Shown here: piece by piece, positions 28,735 to 42,116 of the stretch
Layout: each line of letters starts with the position of its first letter
Position numbering within the stretch: the stretch's first letter is position 1
Notes under the pieces: model-generated
The model's database searches: none
What the model was told of the DNA's origin: nothing
What the model saw: only the letters and a program-made list of their open reading frames with translations
Program-made: the position numbers and the translations under genes
Assembly (NCBI GenBank): GCA_951406725.2
Contig: OX597837.1
Location: forward strand, 1,550,001-1,614,000
Direction: 5' to 3'
DNA: 64,000 bases
Origin: Octopus vulgaris
Taxonomy: Eukaryota

Positions 28735-29095
28735 GTGTGTGTGGTCAAAAGTTTACTTCCCGCAAAATGGTTCCGTGTTCGGTCATGCTGCGTGTATTCT
28801 ACTAAGGATTCGGGCAGACAAAATGCCTGATGAGTTTCGTAGATCCAACCAGAAAGAATCCTTTCGCGGTAGCGTGTGTGTGTGTGTGTGTGTGTATGTA
28901 CACATATAAACATGTCCACGCGTATGCTTGTCAAGCACCACAGTTTATCAACCGGTGCTGGTTTGTATACGTGCCCGTAACTTCGCAGTTTGGTAAAAGA
29001 CAACCATACAATAATTAGCAGGCTTAAATTTAAAAAAAACTTATGTGCTCGGTTCCCTTTGCTTGACTGGCCGCAGTCTGATGACTGAAACAAGC
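28735..29095 (+). mobile_element. SINE family A, degenerate
   Basis: Head aaagtttacttccc...tggttccgtgttcggtc, internal (GT)n, tail tggccgcagtctgatgactgaaacaag. Confidence 0.75.
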
Positions 29096-29102
29096 ATATG
29101 TA

Positions 29103-29149
<47 letters not shown>

Positions 29150-29464
29150 ATATATATATGTGTGTGCGTATATATGTGTATAAATATGTATATATATAAG
29201 TATATATTTATATGTATGTATATATATATATATGTATGTGTATATGTGTATGTATATATGTATATATATGTATGTATATATGTTTTATGTGTATGTGTAT
29301 GTATATATGTATGTATATATGTATGTATATATGTATGTATATATGTATGTATATATGTATGTGTATATATGTATATATATATGTGTATATATGTATGTGT
29401 ATATATGTATATATATGTGTGTATATGTGTATGTATATATGTGTATATATATATATTATATATA
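29096..29464. repeat. Degenerate (TA)n/(TATG)n array
   Basis: Direct reading. Confidence 0.95.
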
Positions 29465-31825
29465 TTTTTATTTTATCTAGATTCAGCTCACGAGCTGTGG
29501 CCATGCTGGGGCACCGCCATTTGGTGTTGCTACATAATTTTACTTCACGAATACTTTTTAGCAATTGCCATTTGGTGCATGAGAGAGTTCGATGCAGCTG
29601 CCCTCATCTGCACCTCCTGTCGAGAAGTTGGTTCATCTGGGACACCTGACAGGAAGAGATCCAGTTTTATTTTAAAGACATCTGCATCCACCCCATGCCG
29701 GTCTCTCAGGTTTTTGGGGAGGATATTGAAGAGCTGTGGGTCTCTGAAGCCCAGGCTATCACAGTATCTTGTCCTACATCTTGATGGCAAATTTGGAGTC
29801 CTTGGCACTATGCAGTGGCGCACAGTTCTAGGTATTTGTGTAACACGCGATGCCAAAGTTTGGGACAAGTCCTAGGATCTTCCAGATGTATATTATGGCA
29901 TATCTGTCTCGCTTACGCTCTAAGGAATAGAGTCTTAATCTCTTGAGTCTTTCCCAGTAGCTTATATGCAGCACAGAGGCTATCTTCTTCGTGTAGCTTC
30001 GTTGGATCGCCTCAAGTTCTGTGATTAACTTGACACTGGATGGTGACCATAGCTGAGAGCAATAGTCAAAATGGCTTAGGACAAGTGTCCTCCAGAGGAC
30101 CATCATGGTTTCCTGGTCTCTTGTTCTTAAGGTTCTAAGAATCCATCCGGTCAGCCGCCTACATTTCATTGCCAATTTAGCAACATTCACATGAAAGGTT
30201 GCCTCATCACTCATGTAAATACCCAGGTCACGCACTGATTGTGCCTCTGGGATTGCAATCCCTCCAGGTCCAGTGTACTCATTGGGTATTGCATTCAGTT
30301 TTGCGTGCTGATGGCATAAAGCTTAAAACTTTTCAGCATTGAACTGCATGCTATTCTTTTCAGCCCACTTGTATATTTTGTCCAGCTCACATTGCAGGTG
30401 CTTAGTGTCTTCAGGGTTCTGTATTGCCTGTGAAACTTTTGTATCATCTGCATAACTTGTGATCGTGGCTTTCTGCGTGGCTGAGGGCATGTCTGAGAGG
30501 GCCATTATGAACAGCAGTGGTCCCAAAACAGTGCCTTGCGGAACACCGTTCACTATTTGCGTGTTAATGGCTACTACCACCTGGCTTCTATCCTTCAGAA
30601 AGTCATGAAGCCATTCTCCCAATTTTCCAACTATGCCAAGATCACGCAGTTTGTGACATAACATTCCATGATCGACTTTATCAAAGGCCTTTGCAAAATC
30701 GAGATATATGACTTCCACATTTGAGTGGTTGAGCAGTCGTTTCAGCACCCAGTCATAGTGTTGTTGAAGCTGAGTTAGGCAGCTTCTTCCTGGTCGGAAA
30801 CCATATTGGGTGTCAGGCAGCATGTCAAATTCTTCAAGGAAGGTGATTAGTTTCCTTCTGACTATTCGTTCCATGACCTTGCTGATGTGTGAGGTCAGAG
30901 AGATAGGTCTGTAGCTCTTGGCCTCCGCTCTGCTACCTCCTTTATGAATAGGGCATATTTTACCTTCCTTCAGTTTTCTTGGAAGTTTGCCAGCTGCAAG
31001 GAAGCTCTGAAAGAGGAACTGCAGTGGTCTTGCTAGGACTCTCTTACATACTTTTAGAAGGATTGCTGGGAATCCATCGGGGCCAGTAGCTGAGTTTGGG
31101 TTCATTTCATCTATAGCCTTTATTACATCGTCTTCCTTTATATTGATGTAATCAATCATCGTTGCCTCTGATTTTATATCTGCAGTGGTAAAGAAGTCAG
31201 TTGGATAGCTGACTTGAAAATGCTCTAGAGGTGGAGTGAAAATACTCTTGAATAGCTCATTTAGTATTTCACTTATCCTCATTGGATTTCCTGTGAGTGT
31301 GCCATCCTTTTCAAGGAGTGGCCCTATACTACAGTGCACCGTAGTTGTTTCTTTGGCATACCTGTAGAAAGCTCTGGGGTTAGATTTTATGTTGTCTATA
31401 GCCCAGGTTTCTTTGTCTGCTCTTTCTTTTTCATGGGAGAGTTGCAGACATTTTTCAATTTCCAACAGTTTTATTTTCAGGCGGGACTTTTCACTGCTTT
31501 CAATTTGTTTGTTTAGGCGATTTGAAACTTTTGTACGCCGTCTCATTAGAAGTTTCCTCTCCCTGGGGATTTTGTTCTTGTGTACAGTGGCCTTTCTCTC
31601 TGGGACACATTTGTAGCATATGGCTTGCATTATACACATGAATTGTTGAAGTTTCATGTCGATGTCTGGCGACGAGAGACATCAGGCCAGTTTTGTTTGA
31701 GGATCTCTTTCTCAATTTGTTTCCAGTTTGCCTTATGGAAGTTCAAGTTGGAAAGATTCTGAGAGTTTCTTGTAGGCTGCATGTCTACGCTTTCCTTTGG
31801 CCCGTACATGGTCAGTTCTACCATG
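29465..31825 (-). mobile_element. 5'-truncated CR1/L2-type LINE: reverse transcriptase ORF2 (endonuclease lost) plus 3' UTR, pseudogenised
   Basis: RT motifs SYRPISLTSHISKVMERIV, QYGFRPGRSC, IYLDFAKAFDKVDH, GVPQGTVLGPLLF and YADD. The post-endonuclease motif [12 protein letters not shown] lies near the 5' break. There is a CAA>TAA nonsense at 30323-30325 (same frame continues as 29828..30235), a frameshift near 29830-29870, and a short in-frame deletion before GVPQG. Stop at 29545. Confidence 0.97.
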
Positions 31826-31836
31826 TGTGTATGTGC

Positions 31837-31878
<42 letters not shown>

Positions 31879-31993
31879 GTATGTGTATATGTATGTATAT
31901 ATATGAATGTGTATGTGTATATATATATATGCATATGCATATATATATATGCATATATATATATATATACATATATATGTATATATATGTATG

Positions 31994-32042
<49 letters not shown>

Positions 32043-32079
32043 ATATATATATATATATATGTATGTATATATATCTATC

Positions 32080-32115
<36 letters not shown>

Positions 32116-32129
32116 TGTATGTATATATA

Positions 32130-32172
<43 letters not shown>

Positions 32173-32310
32173 GAATATATGTATGTATATGCATATATAT
32201 ATGTATGTATGTATGAATATATGTATGTATATGCATATATATATATGTATGTATGTATGAATATATGTATGTATATGCATATATATGTGTATATGTATGT
32301 TTACACACAT
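31826..32310. repeat. Degenerate (TA)n array with a ~42-bp higher-order repeat at 32160-32285
   Basis: gtatgtatgtatgaatatatgtatgtatatgcatatatat occurs three times. Confidence 0.9.
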
Positions 32311-32417
32311 ATGGAAGACGAAACGTAAAATGAGAACAAGCTTGAAATTAATTTTCCTTCCCTTCCCATTCGGAAACACAACCACCATTACAACCTTCCC
32401 ACACATGCCCCTCCCTC

Positions 32418-32448
<31 letters not shown>

Positions 32449-32956
32449 AATACTCAGAAGCACTATACGCACACATTCAATTTGCACAAATTCATACGTA
32501 TCGATATCTGCACATCAATAAATCGAATGTAAATGAGTACGTATAGATGAAAGTAAAATCATACGAAAGTGTGTGTGCATGTGTGCATGTGTGCGTGTAT
32601 GTAGGTATGTGTGTATATGCATGAGAGAGAGCGAGCGTGAGAGAGAGAGAGAGAGAGAGCGAGAGATAGAGAGCGAGAGAGAGAGAGAACGAGAGAGAAA
32701 TGCGTTAGTCTTATTATCTCGTCTACATCTACAAGTCCATTATGCATTATCGCTATTATTATTATGTACATGTATGTATGTGTGTGTGTGTGTGTGTGTG
32801 TGTCTGTGTGTGTGTAAACTCTTTTTGAACAATTGACGATATATTAATAAAGTAATATTTATTACTCTCCCGCATCTGTACGTATATTGTTAGTATATTC
32901 TATGGTTCTACATACGTAGTGTTGTTTAAATGCAAGTGTGTGCTATGCAAGCATTG

Positions 32957-33014
<58 letters not shown>

Positions 33015-33220
33015 TGTGTGTGTGTGTGTGTATGTGTACAATAAAATAACACATATTTGCCCCAATTTTAAATCGAAAACAACACAAAATCGGACTCCGA
33101 CTCACATGTAAACACGCAGAGAAGTTTCTATGCAGAAGCGAACATAAACACAAACAAGCTTCATATTTATGCAAATGATATTGGCTGGAGTTGACAATAG
33201 GCGCGCGCACGTGTGTGTGC

Positions 33221-33286
<66 letters not shown>

Positions 33287-33299
33287 CATATATATAGGC

Positions 33300-33432
33300 A
33301 GGCATAGGTGTGGCTGTGTGGTAAGGAACATGCTTACAGACCACATGGTTCCGTGTTCAGTCTCACTGCGTGGCAGTGGTCAGTCTCACAGGTGAATAAA
33401 TTTAGTAGACGGAAACTGAAACAACCTCGTCT
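33300..33432 (+). mobile_element. SINE family A, 5' part
   Basis: ggtgtggctgtgtggtaagg...ccacatggttccgtgttcagtctcactgcgtggca...tagacggaaactgaaa. Confidence 0.85.
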
Positions 33433-33608
33433 TATATATATGTATGTAAGTATGTATATATATATATATGACTATATTCGAATTTATAATGAGTTAATTA
33501 TGTTAATTAATCTTTAAAGTCTGAATCGAAACGGCTGTCAGGGATTTATGTCTATTTTTCTAATTAACAAATATAATTATTGATTTATCTTTATTTTCTT
33601 ACTTTGTC

Positions 33609-33654
<46 letters not shown>

Positions 33655-33658
33655 ATAA

Positions 33659-33696
<38 letters not shown>

Positions 33697-33764
33697 TGTA
33701 TATATATGTATATATATATATATATGTACATGTATATATATGTAAATGTATATATATGTATATA

Positions 33765-33806
<42 letters not shown>

Positions 33807-36198
33807 TATATATGCATATATATAGCAACACATGTTTCTAATGTGTGAATATATAATCTATATGTCTGTGTGAGTGTGTGTGAGAGAAAAGAGAGAGAGA
33901 GAGAATTAAAAGTACACACATACACGGAGAAATAGATATTTTAGATATTTGAACTATTAGTACAGGAGTACTAATATCAACAAAAAAATTCCTGATAGTG
34001 GATATTATGTAGAAATACATACATAATACATGCATATATATATATATATATATATATACATACACATGATGCATAAAAACACAGGAGCATGTATACCACA
34101 TGCACACGCTTGCACGCACACATACACATCTATGTACATGCATAACTACAACTAAATAATATATGTATTTAAAACATCTATATTACCAACATCGAAAAAA
34201 TAACCACAACAAAATGTGAATAAAAAAAGTCATTATAAAAATACAGTCCACGAAATACATAAATAAAGAATCCAGAAAGCCAATTTCAATACATGTTTTT
34301 GTATGAATTTCTACATATGTTTTCTTTTTCTTGGTGTGTTTTTTAGAAATATACTTTTATATATAGATTTTTCCTAGTATTTTTATTTTCGTATTTTTGT
34401 CTCAAAATTACTTCCTATTTTTTATTACAATTTTTTTGTTAGAATATTTGGTGTTTTTTTAAAGCTGGTCATATGGGTTTTCTATATATGTGTATGTACG
34501 TGTCTGTTTGTACTTAAGCTTGTGTTTATAGACGGTGGGTGGAATTTTGTGAATTAGTGTTTTTTCTTGCTTGTGTGTATGTCTTTGTGTGTGGTGTGTA
34601 TGTCTTTGTGGAGAGGAGGTTGAAAAATAGAAAAAAAATGACAAATATAACTTTTTGTAAAGATACATGTAAGGAACGAGTTCTTCAGAAAACCGTATTA
34701 AACACACACAACATGGCTCCATAAAACATTAAAGAGCGACAGTGGCATCAAGAAGAGGGAACGAAAAATATCATAAAATTTTAACAGCAACAACAACAAC
34801 AACCGCAACTACAGCAGCAATAACAACAACAACAACAACAACAGCTACGTGACATTAATAACAACAACTACAAGAACAACAACAAGGACGACTATAATGA
34901 CGTCTGCGATGACAACGACATAAAAGGCAACAACTTAAACTGTAACAGCAAAATAGCAATGCAACAGTAACGAAAACAACAACAACAACTACCACTGCAA
35001 TAAAACAAGAGCATCAAAAATGAAACGGATATTAAAATGAGGATGAAGTAGGGAAACTGAAACTACCCATATATATATATATATATATATGTGTGTGTTT
35101 AAATATATATGTACGTACATGCATGTATATATTTATATAAATAAGCACACTCGTAAAATATATATATATATATATATATATATGCGCACACATACGTGTT
35201 GTTGTTGTTGTGTGTTTAACTCGGTATGTGTTATTTCTTTTACGGATACAAATTCCATGAGACAATGGTTAAAAAGAAATGAATTTTCTATGAAACAAAA
35301 TGGCGGACAAAAGATTCGGGAATTCAAAAAGACCGAAAATGAAAGAGAGAGACGGAGAGAGGAAGATAGAGACGGTGAGAGAGAGATGGGGGGAGAAAAG
35401 AGAGAGAGAGTATATAGAATCTGTATCAGAGGGTGAGATAGGAAGAGAGACAGCCAGTGTGTGAGAGAGTCAGAATGGCATAAAATCAGACAGAGAGAGG
35501 GAGAGAGCAGAGTAGAGAGAGAGAAAAAAAAAAGCAGAACGAAGAGAAAGAAAACGGAAACGACTTTTGTTTAGCGTCTTCTGTTATATAGAAATAGCAA
35601 AAGAGAAAAAATAATGTGACGAGGTACTGAAGTGTCGTATGGGATGTGAGGGTTCGAATGAATTGCGAGTTGAAAGAAAATAAGAAAGGAAAGAAAAGCG
35701 TGTGTGTGTGGGGGGGGGAGATGATTGTGTGTGTTTATTCCTCTGTGTTTGTTGTTTTATAGTTTCAAATTTGTTTTTCATTTTGTGGTTTTGTTGGTGA
35801 AATAAAGAATGAAATACGAGAAGAAAAGGATACGTATCTGTGTGAACACCTGTGTGTATGTTTGTTTACACGTGTGTGTAATTGGCTGATATGTGTTTGT
35901 TGGTGTGTGCGCGAAAATGTGCAATTTATGTGTATGCGTCGGTAAGTGTGTGTATGTGTTTGAATATACGTGTGATGAAAATTAAAACTTTAGTAGAAAA
36001 TTATGTTTGTATGTATGTCTGTATTTGTGTACGTGTGTGTTTATACTTGCGGCTCTCAGTGTATATATCAGCGTGTATATGGGTTCGTGCGTGTGGGTAT
36101 ATTTGTGTGTGTGCGTAGATTTTTCTTGTAAATCATGGTGTATAAAATAAGATTGAAATTTGAGTAGAGGACATTGTGCATACATGTGTGTGTGCATG

Positions 36199-36246
<48 letters not shown>

Positions 36247-36403
36247 CACCGTTGCGCTTATATGTGTTTGTTCAGTGATTGAAATAGTATGTGTGTGTAT
36301 CTCAATTTCTGCCGGTGAGATGTTCCTCCTGTGTAAAGTTTTTAACTTGTGAAATAAAGAGTGAAATGTGAGGAGCGAAAATTACCGGTGAACAGTGTGT
36401 ATG

Positions 36404-36463
<60 letters not shown>

Positions 36464-36799
36464 CCAGTAATTATAGAAATATGTAATAGAGTGTAAATGT
36501 GTCTGTTTTCTATATGTATGTGTTCGTTTTGGGTTTAGTGTATCTCAGTAAACTATAAAACTGTGACAAGGTGTAAATATGTATAAAATTTCTCTCTCTT
36601 TCTCTCTCTCTCCCTCTCTCTCTCTCTTTCACCCTCTCCCTCTCTCTTCCTCTCTTTTGTTGCTCTGTGGGAGTTTAGTTTTTATTTTGGAAAAGTTTGT
36701 GAGTGTGAAACAAAGCTTGAAATCCGAGCAGAGAAAATTGGCTGCGTATTACTATTGAAGTCTAGTCTCTCTCTCTATCTCTATCTTTCTCTCTTCCTA

Positions 36800-36836
<37 letters not shown>

Positions 36837-37282
36837 TACTCCCTCTCTCTTCTTTTTCTGTCTCTATATTGTTTATAGTTATTTGAGTCGAGAAAATTAA
36901 CTCTGCATTAGTATGGATACTAGTGTCTACGCAATAGAGTGTCTATACATGAGTGATAAAAGATATAATCATCCATAAACACACATACACACACACATAT
37001 TCACATATATATACTACACACACACACATTATATATATATATTGAGTCGCTGTTTCTATGCGTAAATGTATGTGGATATCTGTACACTACTAACGAAATG
37101 TGCGTGTGTGTGTGAATGTGTGCTTACGTGTCAGCAAATGCATCGCTCTATCTATATATATGTGTATGTATACGCATGTGCGTTTACCTCTATTCACAGT
37201 TTTTTGTATGTCAATATGTGTATTCATGCATGTACGTATTTTAACACACACACACATATATATATAAACATACACACACACG

Positions 37283-37327
<45 letters not shown>

Positions 37328-37439
37328 TGTGTGTGTGTGTATGCAATAGTATGCCTGTTGTGTGTAACTGTACTATGCAATTTATACCTGAGGTTATGTG
37401 TCCATGTGTATATGTATGTATTGTACGTTTGTGTGTGTT

Positions 37440-37522
<83 letters not shown>

Positions 37523-38014
37523 GTGTGTGTGTGCATGTAGGTGACTGCGTATTCCATTCTATTTATATATTTTGTCGGGTTTTTTTTTATCACGTGTTAC
37601 ACTTTGATTGCACGGGGAAAAATAATAGATAAAAAAAAAAACTTTTATAAGAGCAAAACGCGGGTGAAACGTGTGCATTTTGTATCTGATACGTCATTTG
37701 ATCATCAAAGTCCCATTCTTCACCATTCTATCTAATCAAGTCTTGCTGTATGATGTTTTCACCAGAGTGAACCAGAAGTACAAAGGAGTACAAAAGAGAG
37801 AGTAAAGACAAAAAAGGAAGCGATGAATAGAGAGATAGAAAAAATAAACGATATTAACGAAACGAAAAAAAAAGAGCACAGAAAAGGGGGGGAAATGGGA
37901 CGATGGAATCTAAAACAGAAAACGAACACCTCTGAATAGTGAAGAGAACAGAAGGAATTGGTTAAGTACGTGGGTGTATTGTGTGTGCGTGTGCTTACAC
38001 ATGTGTATATGTGC

Positions 38015-38081
<67 letters not shown>

Positions 38082-38201
38082 AACATGCATGTGTGTACTC
38101 TGCATGCGTATCTATACGGTGAGTGAATGATCTGTAAAAGGTGTAATACAAAAGAGATAGTGAAGAATAGGGTATCAGATGGTGCTCCTGCGGTGGTGGT
38201 G

Positions 38202-38243
<42 letters not shown>

Positions 38244-39576
38244 TGATAGTGTTGGTGAAGAATCCGATGGTGGTTTCAGTGGTTATAGTAATGGAGATCG
38301 TAAAGGTTACGCAAGTAGTGTAAGTTTTATACGATTCTACGTTCAGTGTTGCTGCTTTGATCAGAGTCATGCCCTAATCTGGTGAAGCCTTTCTTTGAAC
38401 TCGTTCCCGTAGTGACCACCCAGTGTCTCTTTGTTTCTCTCTCTTCCTCTCTTTTTCTCTCGTATATATTATTTTTTAATCTTTGTCTGAAGAATTACGG
38501 ATAAGAGATTCTATACATGTTTTCATTTTTTTTGTCTGCATGTACACAATTGTAACGCCTAGCCTATAACGAAACACGTGTAACATGGGATTAACAACAC
38601 AGCATATTTTTCCAGCCTTTTGTTTTGATGTAATTATTCCGTAAATAGAATTTGGAAGACGTATCAAATGCTATGTATATGCCATTTATGATAAAACATC
38701 TAGACACATACATTTGATTCCTATGAACATGCAGATGAACGTCATTAGGACACAGCTTGGATTATAACTCCCTGATTATACGCACAAAAAAAAGGAACCG
38801 CTCGTGGATTATTGGCGATTTTCTTTCCTTCTTTTCCCTTTGGAGTTTCCTGTTTTCTTGTTTCCGAAGAAGAGCTATGTAGTAAAGATGAAGTGAAGCC
38901 ATATAGTGATAATTTGAAAGCATTTAACACGTACATTTCACGTTTTCATAGTATACAGTCTGAAATGCATCCATTACATAAACCCTCCTCAGTATTTTTT
39001 AAATGAGTTAACTGAAGAATTTATATTACGCAAACTTGAAACCTGCGAACTGAATGATTTGAAACTATCACCATTCGGCTTGATTTCATTATTACAACTC
39101 GTGCAACTCGGTACCAGTACAGACTCTCTGACCTTGACTCCGCTTATATGAATACTCTAATAACGATTTGGAGTAGCTCTTTATATCAAACTGGAGTAAA
39201 AAATAATGATTCCGTATACCGCTTCTTAGCGTAAGACGAAATAACTATGTGTGTGTGTGTGTTTATGTGTGTTTTATGAAGTCCTACAACAAAACAGTAA
39301 AACTTTAGTTGAAGGATTCCTTAATAAATTTATGTAACACCTCCAATTTACTGCTGTAGTTTCAGGAAGTCAGCGATGGCGATACTTCGAAGAAGTGACT
39401 GTCGTAAAATTTCAGACGTACACACTCTAACCCCTCCTCCCCACACACACGCGTACGTATATACATATATGTGTATGTGTGTGTGTATCTTTGTCGGATG
39501 TATTTTGGTATAAATAGATTTCCATATGAACAAAGACACCAATATACGAAACAACATATACATATATATACATACA

Positions 39577-39651
<75 letters not shown>

Positions 39652-40051
39652 ATATATATTGATCTACCATCGTCGTTCCCTTGTTCTTTTTTATCAACTA
39701 GATATGATTCAATATATTATTATTTTCCTGATTGAAATTCCAGAAATGGTGGGTTGTTCCTTCCAGACTGAATTCAGAAAAAGAGAGCAAGCACAATATA
39801 CTAGATTTCAGCGCATAAGTATCAGGGGACAGCAGGAATAATATTGAAACCGACCAGATTTCCCAACGGTATCAGAACATCATCCTATCGCAGCGAAACA
39901 ATCACATATAAAGTTCACTGAGAAGGGCAAACGACAGATATTCAAATGAAAATAATAAACTAACAGTCGAATATAGAGGACAGTCAATGAATGGTTTCTT
40001 CTTCTTGTAAACTGAGGCAAAGCTGTGTGTTTCAAAAGTCCTGGGTTCGAT

Positions 40052-40332
40052 AGTAAGGCGGCGAGCTGGCGAAATGCTTAACGGCATTTCGTCTGCCGCT
40101 ATGTTCTGAGTTCAAATACCGCCGAGGTCGACTTTGTCTTTCCTTCTTTCGGGGTCGATTAAATAAGTACCAGTTACGCAATGAGGTCGATGTAATCGGC
40201 TTAATCCCTTTGTCTGTCCTTGTTTGTCCCCTCTGTGTGTAGCCCCTTGTGGGCAGTAAAAAAAACAGGTATTTCGTCAGTCTTTACGTTCTCCCCCAAA
40301 ATTTCTGGCCTTGTGCCTAGAGTGGAAAAGAA
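40052..40332 (+). mobile_element. SINE family C (dimer-like) with an 18-bp TSD
   Basis: aaggcggcgagctggc...gttctgagttcaaataccgccgaggtcgacttt... is flanked by AAAAGTCCTGGGTTCGAT at 40034-40051 and 40333-40350. Confidence 0.9.
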
Positions 40333-41287
40333 AAAAGTCCTGGGTTCGATTGCGTAACCAATCACTAAGGTTCACTAATAATTTAGTGTTGAATTTTGTA
40401 GAAGGGAACGATATTGTACAGTGAGGACAACGGGTACTGAGATTTTTCGATTACTCCCGGTTACTCCCCTCATTACTCACCCTCCTCCTAGCTTCACTCG
40501 GACCAATTTCCATCACTCTTATGTCGCCCCAGAACGTACAATGCTATATATTCCTTGTTCTTCCGTTCGATCTCTTTTTTCCTCCCTCCGTTGTCCATCA
40601 CGATGGTAGTATGTCTGTCATCCGCAATCGAAGCACACGTCCAAAAAATGTGTTTGCCGTTAAGTGACCATGTCTTGCAAACTTCCCATGCCTGCTCTTC
40701 TCGTCACCTTCTCTCATTCTGCCTTCGCAAGAGATTCCCGGAACATATAGTGACATCTTCAGTCAATTGGTGCAACCAACAAAATGTATTCTAGCGAACG
40801 TGAGATATCTTTTAAAAGACATTGGATTTAAAACTGAGCTACCATAAGTTTCATGTTTCGAGAGTAGTATGTTCGGATGAATTTTATAGCGTGCCGTGTA
40901 GTATCGAGCAATCTCTCTGATTGTTGAGTCGGAAATGTTGCCCATCATATTATATAATGTCGTCTGACTGTCCTACAATCGTACGTATGAAACTTATATT
41001 AGCTTAGTTCTAAATCTGATGTATATTAAATGATATATGACGATTGGGATCAAACAGATCTTGTTACATAAGATTGGAAGCATCTCATCGTATCTTTGGT
41101 TAGCAGTTTGCTTCCAAAGAATACGTAAATATTCCAGATCTTTAAAATCATCATTAAAGTAGCCTGTACAAAGTTAAACATTTGAGTGTGTACACACATA
41201 CACACAGGCATATATATTGATATCCGCCAAGATTTTTTAATCTCTCTCCATTCCTTTTAACTATATATATATATACATAATGTGTGA

Positions 41288-41353
<66 letters not shown>

Positions 41354-41442
41354 ATGTGTATGTGTATATATATGTATGTATGTATATATGTATATGTATG
41401 TGTGTATATATATATATACATATATATATATGTATATATATA

Positions 41443-41489
<47 letters not shown>

Positions 41490-41526
41490 GTATATATATT
41501 TGTATATATATATATATACATATATA

Positions 41527-41705
41527 ACGTTAATCGAAACAAGAAAGCACAAAGAAACACAACCACGCGAGGACGTGGAACAAATATAGTATTATTGGAC
41601 GCTCAGGAAAGAAGGAGAGAAAGAGGGTTTAACGTTTCGAGCGGAGCTCTTCCTCGGAAACATAGGAGAAGGAAAGATCCAGAGAAGGGAAGACAGAGGA
41701 AAAAT

Positions 41706-41706
<1 letters not shown>
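41527..41706 (-). mobile_element. Short PLE-like element in a (TA)n array carrying a minimal hammerhead-like motif
   Basis: About 180 bp of non-repetitive insert between two (TA)n tracts. A second partial copy lies on + at ~38820-38876 (gtttccgaagaagagct). Confidence 0.6.
41627..41661 (-). ncRNA. Minimal type I hammerhead ribozyme-like motif (U4C core variant)
   Basis: Minus strand GUUU-CCGAGGA-A-GAGC-UCC-GCUC-GAAA-CG-UU-AAAC: helix I GUUU/AAAC, helix II GAGC/GCUC, palindromic AACGUU in place of helix III. This is the layout described for Penelope-like element hammerheads. The core reads CCGA, not CUGA. Confidence 0.55.
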
Positions 41707-41761
<55 letters not shown>

Positions 41762-41799
41762 TTACATATAAGACAAAAGGGTACGTGCGCCGCTATATA

Positions 41800-42116
41800 T
41801 ATATATGTAAAAAAATACAAACTGGGACAAGAACGCAAAACATTCAGAAGACGATACAAAAAACACGGACAGGACATTCGAAGCCTTCAATCTTCAGTCA
41901 AGAACCGGATCATCCTCGCAATTTCGGCTGATTAATCTTGAGATTGCTCCGATCTGGCCATCCCCAAAGGAAAATCTAAGCCAAGCGCATTAGATTCCTT
42001 GGAAGAAAGCCTCGAATGTATACAAAACAAGGACGGAAAAACGGACGAGGTTGCACGAATAAGAATACAAAAATACGTAAAAACAATAATGATAATTATA
42101 ATAACAAAAACAGGAC
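41800..42116 (-). mobile_element. Another small insert between (TA)n tracts, possibly PLE-derived
   Basis: Bounded by TA repeats. The minus strand has GAAA and CTGAAGA motifs and tgtcctgt-type pyrimidine tails like 15025-15140. No clean ribozyme fold. Confidence 0.35.

Noticed and set aside
39058-39230. Open frame ending gc|gtaaga, phase-compatible with the FAS1-like exon
   Set aside because: No credible acceptor and the peptide lacks FAS1 features; likely coincidence.
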